This document shows, one piece after another, positions 52,984 through 61,873 of a DNA stretch of 64,000 nt. Where the stretch lies: positions 768,001 to 832,000 of the forward strand of contig CAVPCT010000003.1 in assembly GCA_963702475.1 (NCBI GenBank). The letters run 5' to 3'. Source of the DNA: an uncultured Thermoleophilia bacterium (GTDB taxonomy: Bacteria > Actinomycetota > Thermoleophilia > UBA2241). Made by a program: the position numbers and the translations under genes. Under the pieces are notes generated by a model that saw nothing but the letters and a program-made list of their open reading frames with translations, was not told the origin of the DNA and did not search any database. Position 1 is the first letter of the stretch; each line of letters begins with the position of its first letter.

Positions 52984-54212
52984 GAGGCCACCTCCGCCAC
53001 GGCGCAGTCGTCGGCGAACTTGACCGAGCGGGAGCCGCCGGCCACGCGCGCGATGACGGGCTCGCCGGCGCGCGGCGACCAGACGCGCTCCGGCGCGTCG
53101 AGCACCTCGTGCAGCACGCTCTCCTCGGAGGCCACCATGAGGATCGAGCCCTGGCGCGCCGCGACCAGCGGGCGCAGCTTGATGCGGTCGTTGATGGCGA
53201 CCATGCCGCCGTCGAAGCCGAGCACGATGGCGAACGGACCGTTGAGCATGGCCGAGCCGTACACCTCGCGCAGCGCCAGGCTGAGCTCGCGCTCGTCCGC
53301 GTCCATGCGGTCGATCTCGCTCCACAGGGGGCTGGCGAGCACGAGGCAGGCGAGCTCCATGGGCAGGCGGTGCTTGCGCAGCAGCAGGTCGAAGAGGTAC
53401 GCGGCCACCTCGGTGTCGGTGCCCAGGGTGCAGCGGTAGCCGAACTGCTCCAGGTAGCGGCGGTTGATGCCGTAGCTGCTGAGCTCGCCGTTGTGGACGA
53501 CGGCCCAGTCGAGCAGGGCGAACGGGTGTGCGCCGCCCCACCAGCCGGGCGTGTTGGTCGGGAACCGGTTGTGACCGAGCCACGTGTGCCCGCTGTACTC
53601 CTCCAGGCGGAAGAAGTCGGCGATCTCCTCCGGGTAGCCGACGCCCTTGAAGGCGCCCATGTCCTTGCCGGAGGAGGCGACGAAGGCGCCGTCCACGCCG
53701 GCGTTGATCTCGAAGACGGTGCGGACCACGACGTCGTCGGCAGGCAGGCCGATGGCCTCCAGCTTGCGCTCGTGGGGCATCACGAAGTAGCGCCACAGCA
53801 GCGGCGGGTCGACGATGGTGCTCACGTGGCGTGTGGGGATCGGCTCGGCCTGGTCGATCCAGAAGGTCTGGTTGATGATCTCCTCGGCCTCGGTGCGCGC
53901 CTGGTGGTCGTGGTACATCATGTGGAAGCAGTAGTGGTCGGCGAAGTCGGGATAGATGCCATAGCCGGCGAAACCGCCGCCCAGACCGTTGCCGCGGTCG
54001 CGTTGTACGGCCATGGCGCGGATGGCGTTCTCGCCGTCCATGCGCGTCCCGGACTCGTCGCAGATGCCCATGAGGCCGCAGCCGCCGTGGATCTTGTACG
54101 GCGCCTCTTCGCGGTACGCGGGGCGGACGCCCGGCTCGGCGTAACCGGCCGGCCGGGCGCTCGGCATGCGCTCGAGCAGGGGTTCGCCGCGGCGCGGCTC
54201 GTGCCCGGTCAT
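52980..54212 (-). CDS. Glutamate synthase class II glutamine amidotransferase subunit (GltB1-like)
   Basis: GCGLMG, RGNGLGGG, HNRFPTN, HPF, VHNGE, TDTE, DRIKLRPL. Confidence 0.9.
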   Translation of the reverse strand: MTGHEPRRGEPLLERMPSARPAGYAEPGVRPAYREEAPYKIHGGCGLMGICDESGTRMDGENAIRAMAVQRDRGNGLGGGFAGYGIYPDFADHYCFHMMYHDHQARTEAEEIINQTFWIDQAEPIPTRHVSTIVDPPLLWRYFVMPHERKLEAIGLPADDVVVRTVFEINAGVDGAFVASSGKDMGAFKGVGYPEEIADFFRLEEYSGHTWLGHNRFPTNTPGWWGGAHPFALLDWAVVHNGELSSYGINRRYLEQFGYRCTLGTDTEVAAYLFDLLLRKHRLPMELACLVLASPLWSEIDRMDADERELSLALREVYGSAMLNGPFAIVLGFDGGMVAINDRIKLRPLVAARQGSILMVASEESVLHEVLDAPERVWSPRAGEPVIARVAGGSRSVKFADDCAVAEVAS

Positions 54213-55635
54213 GACCCCTCCTCGGGTGCTGCGGTCTCGTCGCACGCAACCGCCGGCGCGCCCACGCCGGCCAGCGCGGCCGGCACGGCCGCGCCCTCGC
54301 CGGCGGCTCCGCCGTGCGTGCGCGCCAGCAGGCGGGCCAGCGCATCGCCGCCGCTCTGCGGCAGCGCTGGCAGGCCCAGTTTGGCGCGCGCGGAGTCGCG
54401 CGGCTTGCCCAGCAGGCCGTCGCTGGTGAACAGGTCGTAGGCCTTCTGCACCGGCTCGGGGCGGCCGCCCTGCGCGCCGGACTGCTCCTTGAGCACGCGC
54501 AGCGTCTCGGCCAGGCCGATGCGCGAGGGGCACAGCTCCAGGCACGTGAAGCACTCGAGGCACTTCCAGGACTGGCCGTCGGCCATCGACGGCGTCCATG
54601 TCGCCGTCGAGGATGCGCGCCACGATGTCGTTGGGCTGGAAGTCCGGGTCGATCGTGCGCGACCGGGCAGTCGTCCCTGCAGGCGCGGCACGAGTCGCAC
54701 TCCTCCAGCAGACGCAGGTCGAACGACTCGCGGGCGCGGGCGCGGCCCTCTTCACGTTCCTCCCAGCGTTCGAGAAAGCGGTCCACGCTCACGCGGTGCA
54801 TGCCGAGGCCGATCTCCTCGGGGGCGTGGCCGTAGCACAGCGCCAGCAGCTCGGAGAGGTAGAAGACCGGGATATCGAGCTCCTCCCCCAGGCGCTGCAG
54901 CGCGGCCTGGTTGAGGTCGAACTGCTGGAAGCAGTTGGGGCAGACCACGACCAGCGCGTCGACCTGGTGCTCCGTGAGGTCGCGCAGCTTGCGGCGTGCC
55001 ATGTCCAGGGAGCCGTCGCGGTGGCCGACGCGGTCGAGCGCGCCGCCGCAGCACTGCATCTTGCTCGGGTAGTCCACGACGCGCGCCCCGAGCGCCGCGA
55101 CGAGCGCCTCGACCCTGGTCGGCTGCAGCGGGTCGTCCCAGCTGACGGCCGGCTGGGGACGCAGCAGGTGGCAGCCGTAGTGCACGGCCAGGCGCATGCC
55201 GCCGAGGGTGCGCACGGCGCGGCGGGCCACGGAGGCGGGGCCTTCGACCGTGGAGAGGTACTCCGCGAGGTGGTACACCTGCAGGTCCTCGGGCCAGGCG
55301 AGGTCCTCTTCCGCGAGGGCCTCGTCCACTCCGTCGCGCTCCGCGCCGTGCAGCGTGAGGTGACGCTGGGTCTCCTTGAAGGTGGAGTAGCAGCCGTTGC
55401 AGGGCGTGAGCAGGTCGAGGCCGGAGCGGCCGACGATGGCGAGGTTGCGCGCGGCGACCAGGTAGTACAGGTCCGGGTCGCCGGCCTTCACCAGCGTGCC
55501 TTCCGGGCAGCAGGTATGCCCTTCGAGTTCGCGGGCCTGCACGTCCAGGTCCTCGAGGACGAGGCGCGTGGCCTTCTCGATCGCCGGGAAGCGCGCGGGG
55601 ATGGTGCATCCCCAGAACACCGCGTAGTCCCTCAT
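54209..55635 (-). CDS. HdrB-like CCG-domain protein fused to an HdrC-like 2x[4Fe-4S] domain (+1 frameshifts near 54660 and 54590)
   Basis: FWGC, TCCPEG, PCNGC, HYGCH, QCCGG, CPNC, then CDSCRACRDDCP and CLECFTCLELCP. Confidence 0.85.
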
Positions 55636-55707
55636 GCTGCTTCGTTCCTCACGCCGCCACCTCTCCGTCCTCCTGCTGCCGGGTGTCCTTGCCACCGCCA
55701 CCCCGGG

Positions 55708-55795
55708 ACGAGAACGCTCCCCGGAGAGACCCTCGCGGGTCCCGCCGGGGAGCGCCGTTGCTCCCTGCATGTGGGCGGCACGCCGTCGTGCCGCC
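55708..55795 (-). promoter_or_regulatory. ANTAR dual-hairpin antiterminator 2
   Basis: Minus strand: GGCGGCAC-GACGGC-GTGCCGCC, 9-nt linker, GGAGC-AACGGC-GCTCC overlapping terminator stem GCTCCCCGG...CCGGGGAGC. Confidence 0.8.
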
Positions 55796-55843
55796 GAGCC
55801 TGCTCCGCGGAGCCGTCCTCCACGAACGGCTCGTGCGCCGTGG

Positions 55844-55969
55844 TTACGCGTCCGAGCGCGACTCCGGCTCGCTTACCGTCGGTGGCGGGGCCTTGATCTC
55901 GGGCGACACTGGATGTTCGACCGGCGCATCGGCCGGCATGCTGGTCGGGTTGTAGCCCTTGTACGTCAT
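55844..55969 (-). CDS. 41-aa small ORF between the two ANTAR elements
   Basis: GGAGG RBS; MTYKGYNPTSMPADAPVEHPVSPEIKAPPPTVSEPESRSDA. Confidence 0.5.
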   Translation of the reverse strand: MTYKGYNPTSMPADAPVEHPVSPEIKAPPPTVSEPESRSDA

Positions 55970-56035
55970 CTCTGCCTCCGTCGGCGTCTGCGTGCCCCGT
56001 GCCGGGGCCGCGTTGGTGGCTCTGCTCGAGTCCCG

Positions 56036-56117
56036 AAACGAAAAAGGCCCCCCGGTCAGCGAAGACCGGGGAGCGCCATTGCTCCTCGTTTCAAGATGGC
56101 GGCACGCCGTTGTGCCG
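56036..56117 (-). promoter_or_regulatory. ANTAR dual-hairpin antiterminator 1
   Basis: Minus strand: CGGCAC-AACGGC-GTGCCG, 14-nt linker, GGAGC-AATGGC-GCTCC overlapping terminator CCCCGGTC...GACCGGGG-GGCCTTTTT. A TGGTATCCT extended -10 lies just upstream. Confidence 0.88.
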
Positions 56118-56366
56118 TTCACAGAGGATACCACGGTCGCGGCGCGCCGCAAACAACCGGTCGCACGGGCCGCTCCTGCGCCGCGCCCCGGGCCGGCTCT
56201 GCCGGCGGTGGGCGCGGCGCAGCGCATGATGCTCACGCCGGGACTGCTGCATCGTCCACCCACCGCTTCGCCAATGTCACCCGACTTGGACAGGCGAGGC
56301 ACGCTGCGCCGCGACGCCGGCTGGTACGCTCTTGACATGGAGCACGTTCATGACCAGAGTAGTCAT

Positions 56367-56648
56367 ATGATTGTCACTACGATAGCCACCCTGAAGGCCT
56401 CGCTCAGCGAGCTGCTGGCCGGCGTCAAGGCCGGCGAGGAGGTCGTGGTGACCGACCGCGGGCGTCCGGTCGCGCGCATCGTCCCTTACGTCTCCGGCAC
56501 TGCCGAGCTCGACGATCTCGTGCGCACCGGCCAGCTGCGTCGCGGCGGCGAGCCCCTGCCGCCGGGGTTCTGGTCCAGGTCGCTGCCGGCCGACGCCGAG
56601 GGCCGGCTGCTCCAGGCTCTTCTAGACGAGCGCGAAGGCGGCCGGTGA
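56367..56648 (+). CDS. Phd/YefM family antitoxin
   Basis: IATLKASLSELLAGVKAGEEVVVTDRGRPVARIVP. Confidence 0.9.
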   Translation: MIVTTIATLKASLSELLAGVKAGEEVVVTDRGRPVARIVPYVSGTAELDDLVRTGQLRRGGEPLPPGFWSRSLPADAEGRLLQALLDEREGGR

Positions 56649-56658
56649 GGTCCGCCTT

Positions 56659-57090
56659 GTGAGGTTCTGGGACTCCTCGGCGCTGATCCCGCTCTTCGTT
56701 CTCGAGGCGCACTCGCAGGCCGTGAAGGCACTGGCCGAGGCCGACCCACACATGGCCGTATGGTGGGCCACCCCGGTGGAGTGCGCGAGCGCCGTGCACC
56801 GGCTGCGCAGGGAGGGGGTCTTCTCGGCCGGCGAGGCGGCGCATGTTCTCGCGGCGATGTCCATGGCGCTCGGCGCCGCCGACACCGTGCAGGCCGGCGA
56901 CGCGCTCTGCGCCAAGGCTCTCCGTCTGCTGGGCGTCCATCCGCTCCGCGCCGCAGACGCCCTTCAGCTGGCCGCAGCCCTCATCCTGGTGCGCGACGCT
57001 CCCGCCGGCCGCGAGCTCGTGAGCCTGGACGAGCGTTTGCGGGAGGCGGCGCTCCTCGAGGGCTTTCGCGTGCTGCCGGAGTCAGTCTGA
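56659..57090 (+). CDS. VapC family PIN toxin
   Basis: RFWDSSAL, LRAADALQLAAA, SLDERL. Confidence 0.9.
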   Translation: MRFWDSSALIPLFVLEAHSQAVKALAEADPHMAVWWATPVECASAVHRLRREGVFSAGEAAHVLAAMSMALGAADTVQAGDALCAKALRLLGVHPLRAADALQLAAALILVRDAPAGRELVSLDERLREAALLEGFRVLPESV

Positions 57091-57208
57091 GGCCAGGACC
57101 CGCCGGCGATTCCTCATCATCGCGTCGCACGCGCTGCTCGCTGTGAACGGCGTCCTCGTCGGCAGTCCGGCCGCCAGGCCCGATCCCTCGCGGCGTCGAC
57201 GCCTCGAC

Positions 57209-57600
57209 TCAGAGGTGCTTCTCCAGCCACTCGCGATGGAACCGCGAGGGCCCCTGTGCCGAGTCGAACAACATCCCGTGCCAGCCTGGGACCCACTGGA
57301 AGAGCTTCGGCTCGGGCGTGGCGGCGAACATCGCGGCGATGCGCTCGGGCGCGAAGCAGCCGTCGTCGAAGTCCTCCTTGGTGTACTGGAAGAGGAAGGC
57401 CGCGCCGCGACTGTGGGCGATGTACTCGGCAGGGTCCTGCACCTCCCCGTCAAGGCGGGGAGGCAGGCCGCGGATGCTCCCGCCGGCGTAGGTGAGCACG
57501 TAGGCCTTGATACGCCGGTCCACGCCGGCGAGGAGGGCGCCGGTGGCCCCGCCCCAGCGGTCCCTGTGAGTCCTCATGGCCAAGCCCCTTCCCCCTGCGC
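57209..57600 (-). pseudogene. C-terminal fragment of an alpha/beta hydrolase-like protein
   Basis: WGGATGALLAGVDRRIKAYVL...FLFQ...ATPEPKLFQW..WH; nucleophile elbow and N-terminus are not intact. Confidence 0.5.
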
Positions 57601-57957
57601 TCCCAGGCTCCGGAGGAGCCGGTCCCCACGGTCCCCACAAAGCACGAAGACCGACCCGCGGGCCGGTCTCACCAGTGGCTCCCCGCCCGATGAAGGTGGC
57701 CGTCAGGTACCTCCGGCGGATCTTGGCCTCCCGTGTGCAGCGCTGCACGTCTCAGGAGTCTCGTATGAAAACGGTATACGCCCGACGGCTGACGTCTTCA
57801 AGCGTTTGGGCAGAGGCCGTGCGAGAACCGAGACGCGCACCAGCCGACCCTTGACAGTGAGCCTGAGGGGCTGCTCCGAGGGGCTGCTCATCGTTGTGCG
57901 GCGGGCCTTGGACCTACAGGCGAATGGCGAGCGGAGAGACGGGACGCCCGTCGTGGC

Positions 57958-58527
57958 CTACTCCAGCATCTCGTGGGCGGTGATGACCGCCTCGGCGACC
58001 TCTTTGAGGGACTTGCGCTTGTCCATGGCCTGCCTCTGCAGGCGCTTGAAGGCATCGGGCTCGCTCAGGCCGCCGGCCATCAGGATGCCCTTGGCGCGGT
58101 CGAGCAGCTTGCGCGTCTCCAGGCGCTCGGTGAGGTCCTCGACCTGCTCGGAGAGCGCACTCATCTCCGCGAAGCGGCTGACGGCGATCTGCATGGCGGG
58201 CACGATCTCGGCGCGCGTGAAGGGCTTGACCACGTAGCCCATGGCCCCGGCGCGCGCCGCCTCGTCCACGAGGCTGGCCTGGGAGTAGGCGGTGACCATC
58301 ACGACCGGTGCGATGCTCTCGCCGGAGATGACCCTGGCCGCCTCGATGCCGTCGACATTCGGCATCCTGACGTCCATGAAGACGATGTCGGGCCGCGTGG
58401 AACGGGCCAGATCGATGGCCTGGGCTCCGTCGCGCGCCTCACCGACCACCTCGTGGCCCTCTTCCTCGAGCATCTCGCGCAGGTCCATACGGATGAGCGC
58501 TTCGTCCTCGGCGATCAGGATACGCAC
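57958..58527 (-). CDS. pdtaR: ANTAR-domain response regulator (PdtaR/EutV-like)
   Basis: Receiver domain AEDEALIR...MDVRMP plus LETRKLLDRAKGILM...AFKRLQRQAMDKR. Confidence 0.93.
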   Translation of the reverse strand: MRILIAEDEALIRMDLREMLEEEGHEVVGEARDGAQAIDLARSTRPDIVFMDVRMPNVDGIEAARVISGESIAPVVMVTAYSQASLVDEAARAGAMGYVVKPFTRAEIVPAMQIAVSRFAEMSALSEQVEDLTERLETRKLLDRAKGILMAGGLSEPDAFKRLQRQAMDKRKSLKEVAEAVITAHEMLE

Positions 58528-58549
58528 GGCTCTCTCCTCGCCGGCTGTC

Positions 58550-59969
58550 TCAGTCCCGCAACTCGAGGAGCGGGACGCGGATGGTGATGACGGCGCCGGT
58601 GGCCTCTCTGGGCCCGGCGCTGAGCGAGCCCCGCAGGTCCTCCTCGACCAGCGTGCGGACGATCGAGAACCCCAGGCCGCGACTGGTCGCAGGATCGAAG
58701 CCCTCCGGCAGGCCGCGGCCGTCGTCCACGACGGTGATCGTGAGCTCGTCGCCCTCGCGCACCAGGTCGACGGTGACGCGACCCGGTGCGCCCGGCGCGA
58801 AGGCGTGCTCGAGCGCGTTGTGCACGAGCTCGGTGAGGGCGAGGGCCAGCGACGTGGCCTCGCCCGCCGTGATGTACCCGGTGCTGCCGCTCACCTGCAC
58901 GGTGATGTCCTGGTCCACGGTGAGCACGCCGCTGCGCACCAGGTCCACGACGCGGCGCGTGGCCTCGGCGAAGTCCACGCGCTCGTGGTCCGAGTGGGCC
59001 AGCAGGTCGTGGACGGTGGCCATGGAGGCGGCGCGCTCGGTGGCCTCGGTGAGGGCGCGGCGCACCTCGTCGTTGTCGCTGCGCCGCGCCTGCATGCGCA
59101 GGAGCGACGCGATGGTCTGCAGGTTGTTCTTCACGCGGTGGTGGACCTCGCGGATGGTCGCCTCCTTGATGCCCAGCTCGCGCTCACGGCGGCGGGCCTC
59201 GGTGAGGTCCTCGACCAGGACAAGCAGGCTGGACGAGAGGGCGATCGTCCGGTAGCTGAGCGTGCGGCCAGCCGACCTCAAGCTCGCTGGCCAGGGCCCC
59301 GCTGCCGCCGAGGAGCGGCGAGATGCCCACCGCGCCGCCCGGCAGCTCGCCGGCGCGCATGCCGGTCACGCGCTCCTCCACGCCGGCGCTGCGCATGATG
59401 CTCACGGCGTTGGGCGACGCGTACACGAGGTCGCCGCGGGGACCCACACGCAGCACGCCGTCGCCGGCGCGGCGCTCGGTGGCGAACGGCAGGCCGCTGC
59501 GGCTCTCGAGCAGCGGCCCGGTGCGCAGCGTCTGCATGAGGTCCCGTGCCGCGTCGATGAAGGCGGTCTCCATGCGGCTGGCGGTGGTCTCGATCTGCTC
59601 GCCGTAGGTGCGCAGGATCACGGCGTACGGTTCGGGGTCGCCGATGGGGTACGCGTCTGTGGTGCGCGTCACGCCGTTGGGGCCGCGCCGGGGTGTGCCG
59701 AGCACGGGCTGGCGGAGCGCCACCGCTTCGTACGCCTCGGGCTCCACGTCCGGCGACAGGACGTCCCCCCCGCGCGAGGTGGGGAAGGGGTCCATGGCGG
59801 TCGCCGGCCGGGCGTCGGCGAGGACGCTCAGGGTGCCGTCGTCCTCCAGCCAGGCGAGGGCGGCGTCGCCGTAGCCGAGGTCGGCCACGAGCTGCAGGTT
59901 CGCGGTGACGTTCTCGAGGTGGCTGTGGGCGTCGGCCGGGATGGGCGCTGCGGGCTGGTCCTCGTCCAT
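58550..59969 (-). CDS. pdtaS: Cytoplasmic sensor histidine kinase (PdtaS/EutW-like), +1 frameshift near 59275
   Basis: N-terminal LQLVADLGYGD GAF-like domain, PAS, EVHHRVKNNLQ, ELVHNALEH, DDGRG, GLG. Confidence 0.9.
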
Positions 59970-60062
59970 GGGGCGAAAGTATATGTGAACAGAACGGGAC
60001 GCTGCCGGGGGGCGGCGGACTCACACCGCATGTCGTGCCGCACGGGGGGTCTTGTACTCGAA

Positions 60063-60104
60063 GCACTCAGGCTTGACAGCTCGAAAGCAATCAAGCCTGA
60101 GTGC
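60063..60104. repeat. 14-bp perfect inverted repeat in intergenic region
   Basis: GCACTCAGGCTTGA-N14-TCAAGCCTGAGTGC. Confidence 0.75.
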
Positions 60105-60175
60105 CGGAATGCGGACTCATCCCGTCGGCATCCCCACGCGATCGGGGCTTTGCGGCCAGGTCGCGTTGCCGCCGA

Positions 60176-61372
60176 TCAGCCGCCGCCGGCCCGCTCGCGC
60201 CGCCGACCCCTGCCCGTGGCCCAGCGGCCGAGTGGGTCCGCGTACCGCGTGAGCAGCGGCCCGCCTATGGCGGTGAAGAGCACGTACGTGGCCGCCAGCG
60301 GGGCCAGCACGCTCTCCAGGCCGGCGGCCACTCCGAGCCCGGCGATGACGATGCTGAACTCTCCGCGTGCCACCAGCGCCGTGCCGGCGCGCAGGCGGCC
60401 GGCCACGCCGCTGGTCCTGCGCGCCGCGATCCAGCCGGTCAGGATCTTGGTCGCGGCGGTCACCACGAGCAGCACGGCCGCCACGCCCAGCACGCTCGGG
60501 ATCGCCCCCACGTCGATCTGGATCCCGAACAGCACGAAGAAGATCGCCGCGAAGACGTCGCGCAGCGGGCTGAGCAGCTCGCGGGCGCGGGCCGCGAGCG
60601 AGCCCGATATCGAGAGCCCGACGAGGAACGCGACCACCGCGGAGGACACGCTGATCAGCTCGGCGGCGCCTCCCACCAGGAGCAGCAGGCCCATGACGGT
60701 GAGCAGCACGACCTCGCTCTTGGGGTGCGCCAGCCCGCGAGAGAGGATGTGGCCGTGCCGCCTCGCCACCGCGAGCGCCACGACGGCGAGGCCGACGGCG
60801 GCGACGGCGAGCCCGATGCCTCGCCACGCACTCCCGCCGGCGAGCAGGACGGCCAGCAGCGGCAGGTACGGCGCCATCGCGAGGTCCTCGGTCACGAGCA
60901 CGGAGAGCACCGGGGGCGTCTCCGAGTTGCCCAGGCGGCCGAAGTCGTCGAGCACCTTGGCCACGATCCCCGAGGACGAGATGTAGGTCACGCCGCCGAG
61001 GACGACGCCTGGGAGGACGCCCCATCCCAGGAGCAGCGCGGCGATGAACCCCGGCGGGAAGTTCAATACGAAATCGGCGATCCCGGCCCCGAAGCCGGAT
61101 CGCAGGCTGCCCACGACGTCCTCCGCCGTGTACTCCAGGCCGAACAGGAACAGCAGCAGGATGACGGCGAGGAGCGACTCCACGGAGACGAGGAGCGGAT
61201 CGATCGTCGGAGGGGCGACGTAGCCGATCCCGAGCCCGGCAAGCAGGTAGAGAGGGATGGGGGAGAAGCCGGTCCGGACCGCGACGCGGGCGAGCACCGC
61301 CAGCACCAGCAGCACCAGACCCACTTCGAGCAGGAAGCGCGCGCTGCCGGGCGTGACGGCGAGCACTCCCAC
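60176..61372 (-). CDS. CPA2 cation:proton antiporter (KhtU-like)
   Basis: PIPLYLLAGL, TYISSSG, GRLGNSET, EDL, PLRDVFAAIFF, ARGEFS. Confidence 0.88.
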   Translation of the reverse strand: MGVLAVTPGSARFLLEVGLVLLVLAVLARVAVRTGFSPIPLYLLAGLGIGYVAPPTIDPLLVSVESLLAVILLLFLFGLEYTAEDVVGSLRSGFGAGIADFVLNFPPGFIAALLLGWGVLPGVVLGGVTYISSSGIVAKVLDDFGRLGNSETPPVLSVLVTEDLAMAPYLPLLAVLLAGGSAWRGIGLAVAAVGLAVVALAVARRHGHILSRGLAHPKSEVVLLTVMGLLLLVGGAAELISVSSAVVAFLVGLSISGSLAARARELLSPLRDVFAAIFFVLFGIQIDVGAIPSVLGVAAVLLVVTAATKILTGWIAARRTSGVAGRLRAGTALVARGEFSIVIAGLGVAAGLESVLAPLAATYVLFTAIGGPLLTRYADPLGRWATGRGRRRERAGGG

Positions 61373-61377
61373 GGCGG

Positions 61378-61864
61378 CTACGTGCTCCGGAGCAGCCGTG
61401 AGAGAGCGTCGACGCCGTCCGGCGTGCCGACCGCGACGACTGTGTCGCCGCCTTGCAGACGTGAACGCCGAGGGCGGCGAAGCGATGGTGGCGTCGTCGC
61501 GGATCACGGCCACGATGGACGCGGCCTCCTCGTCCTCGTGCTCCACGTCGTGCACCGTTCGACCGACGGCCGGCGCCGAGGGGGCTACGGCCAGCCAGTC
61601 GATGCTGAGGCCCTGCAGGGAGAGGCGCATGGCCGTGACCTCTTCGGTCACCTGCGACTGACCGAGGGCCTCGGCGAGCGCCTTGGCGTCGTCGCGCGCG
61701 AGGCGGAGGACCTCGTGGCAGGCGTCGGGGTCGTCCCTGCTGCAGAGCATGATCTCGCAGCGGCCGCTGGCGTGGTTGATCACGACGACCTTGGACCCGT
61801 CACCGGTGGTGAAGTCGAAGCGGATGCCGACGCCGGGGAGGCGTGTCTCGTTCACTCTGGACAT
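61378..61864 (-). CDS. Antiporter regulatory subunit (KhtT-like, RCK_C), +1 frameshift near 61460
   Basis: ETRLPGVG, DDPD, SIVAVIR; corrected C-terminus LQGGDTVVAVGTPDGV...RST*. Confidence 0.85.
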
Positions 61865-61873
61865 GGTGTCAGT

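Noticed and set aside
50521-55770. 1749-aa apparent HdrB-GltB mega-fusion
   Set aside because: It passes through out-of-frame Arg/Pro-rich sequence created by frameshifts; four separate genes explain the region.
60176-61864. Apparent KhtT-KhtU fusion
   Set aside because: Removing one base near 61460 restores a normal KhtT C-terminus and a stop at 61378.
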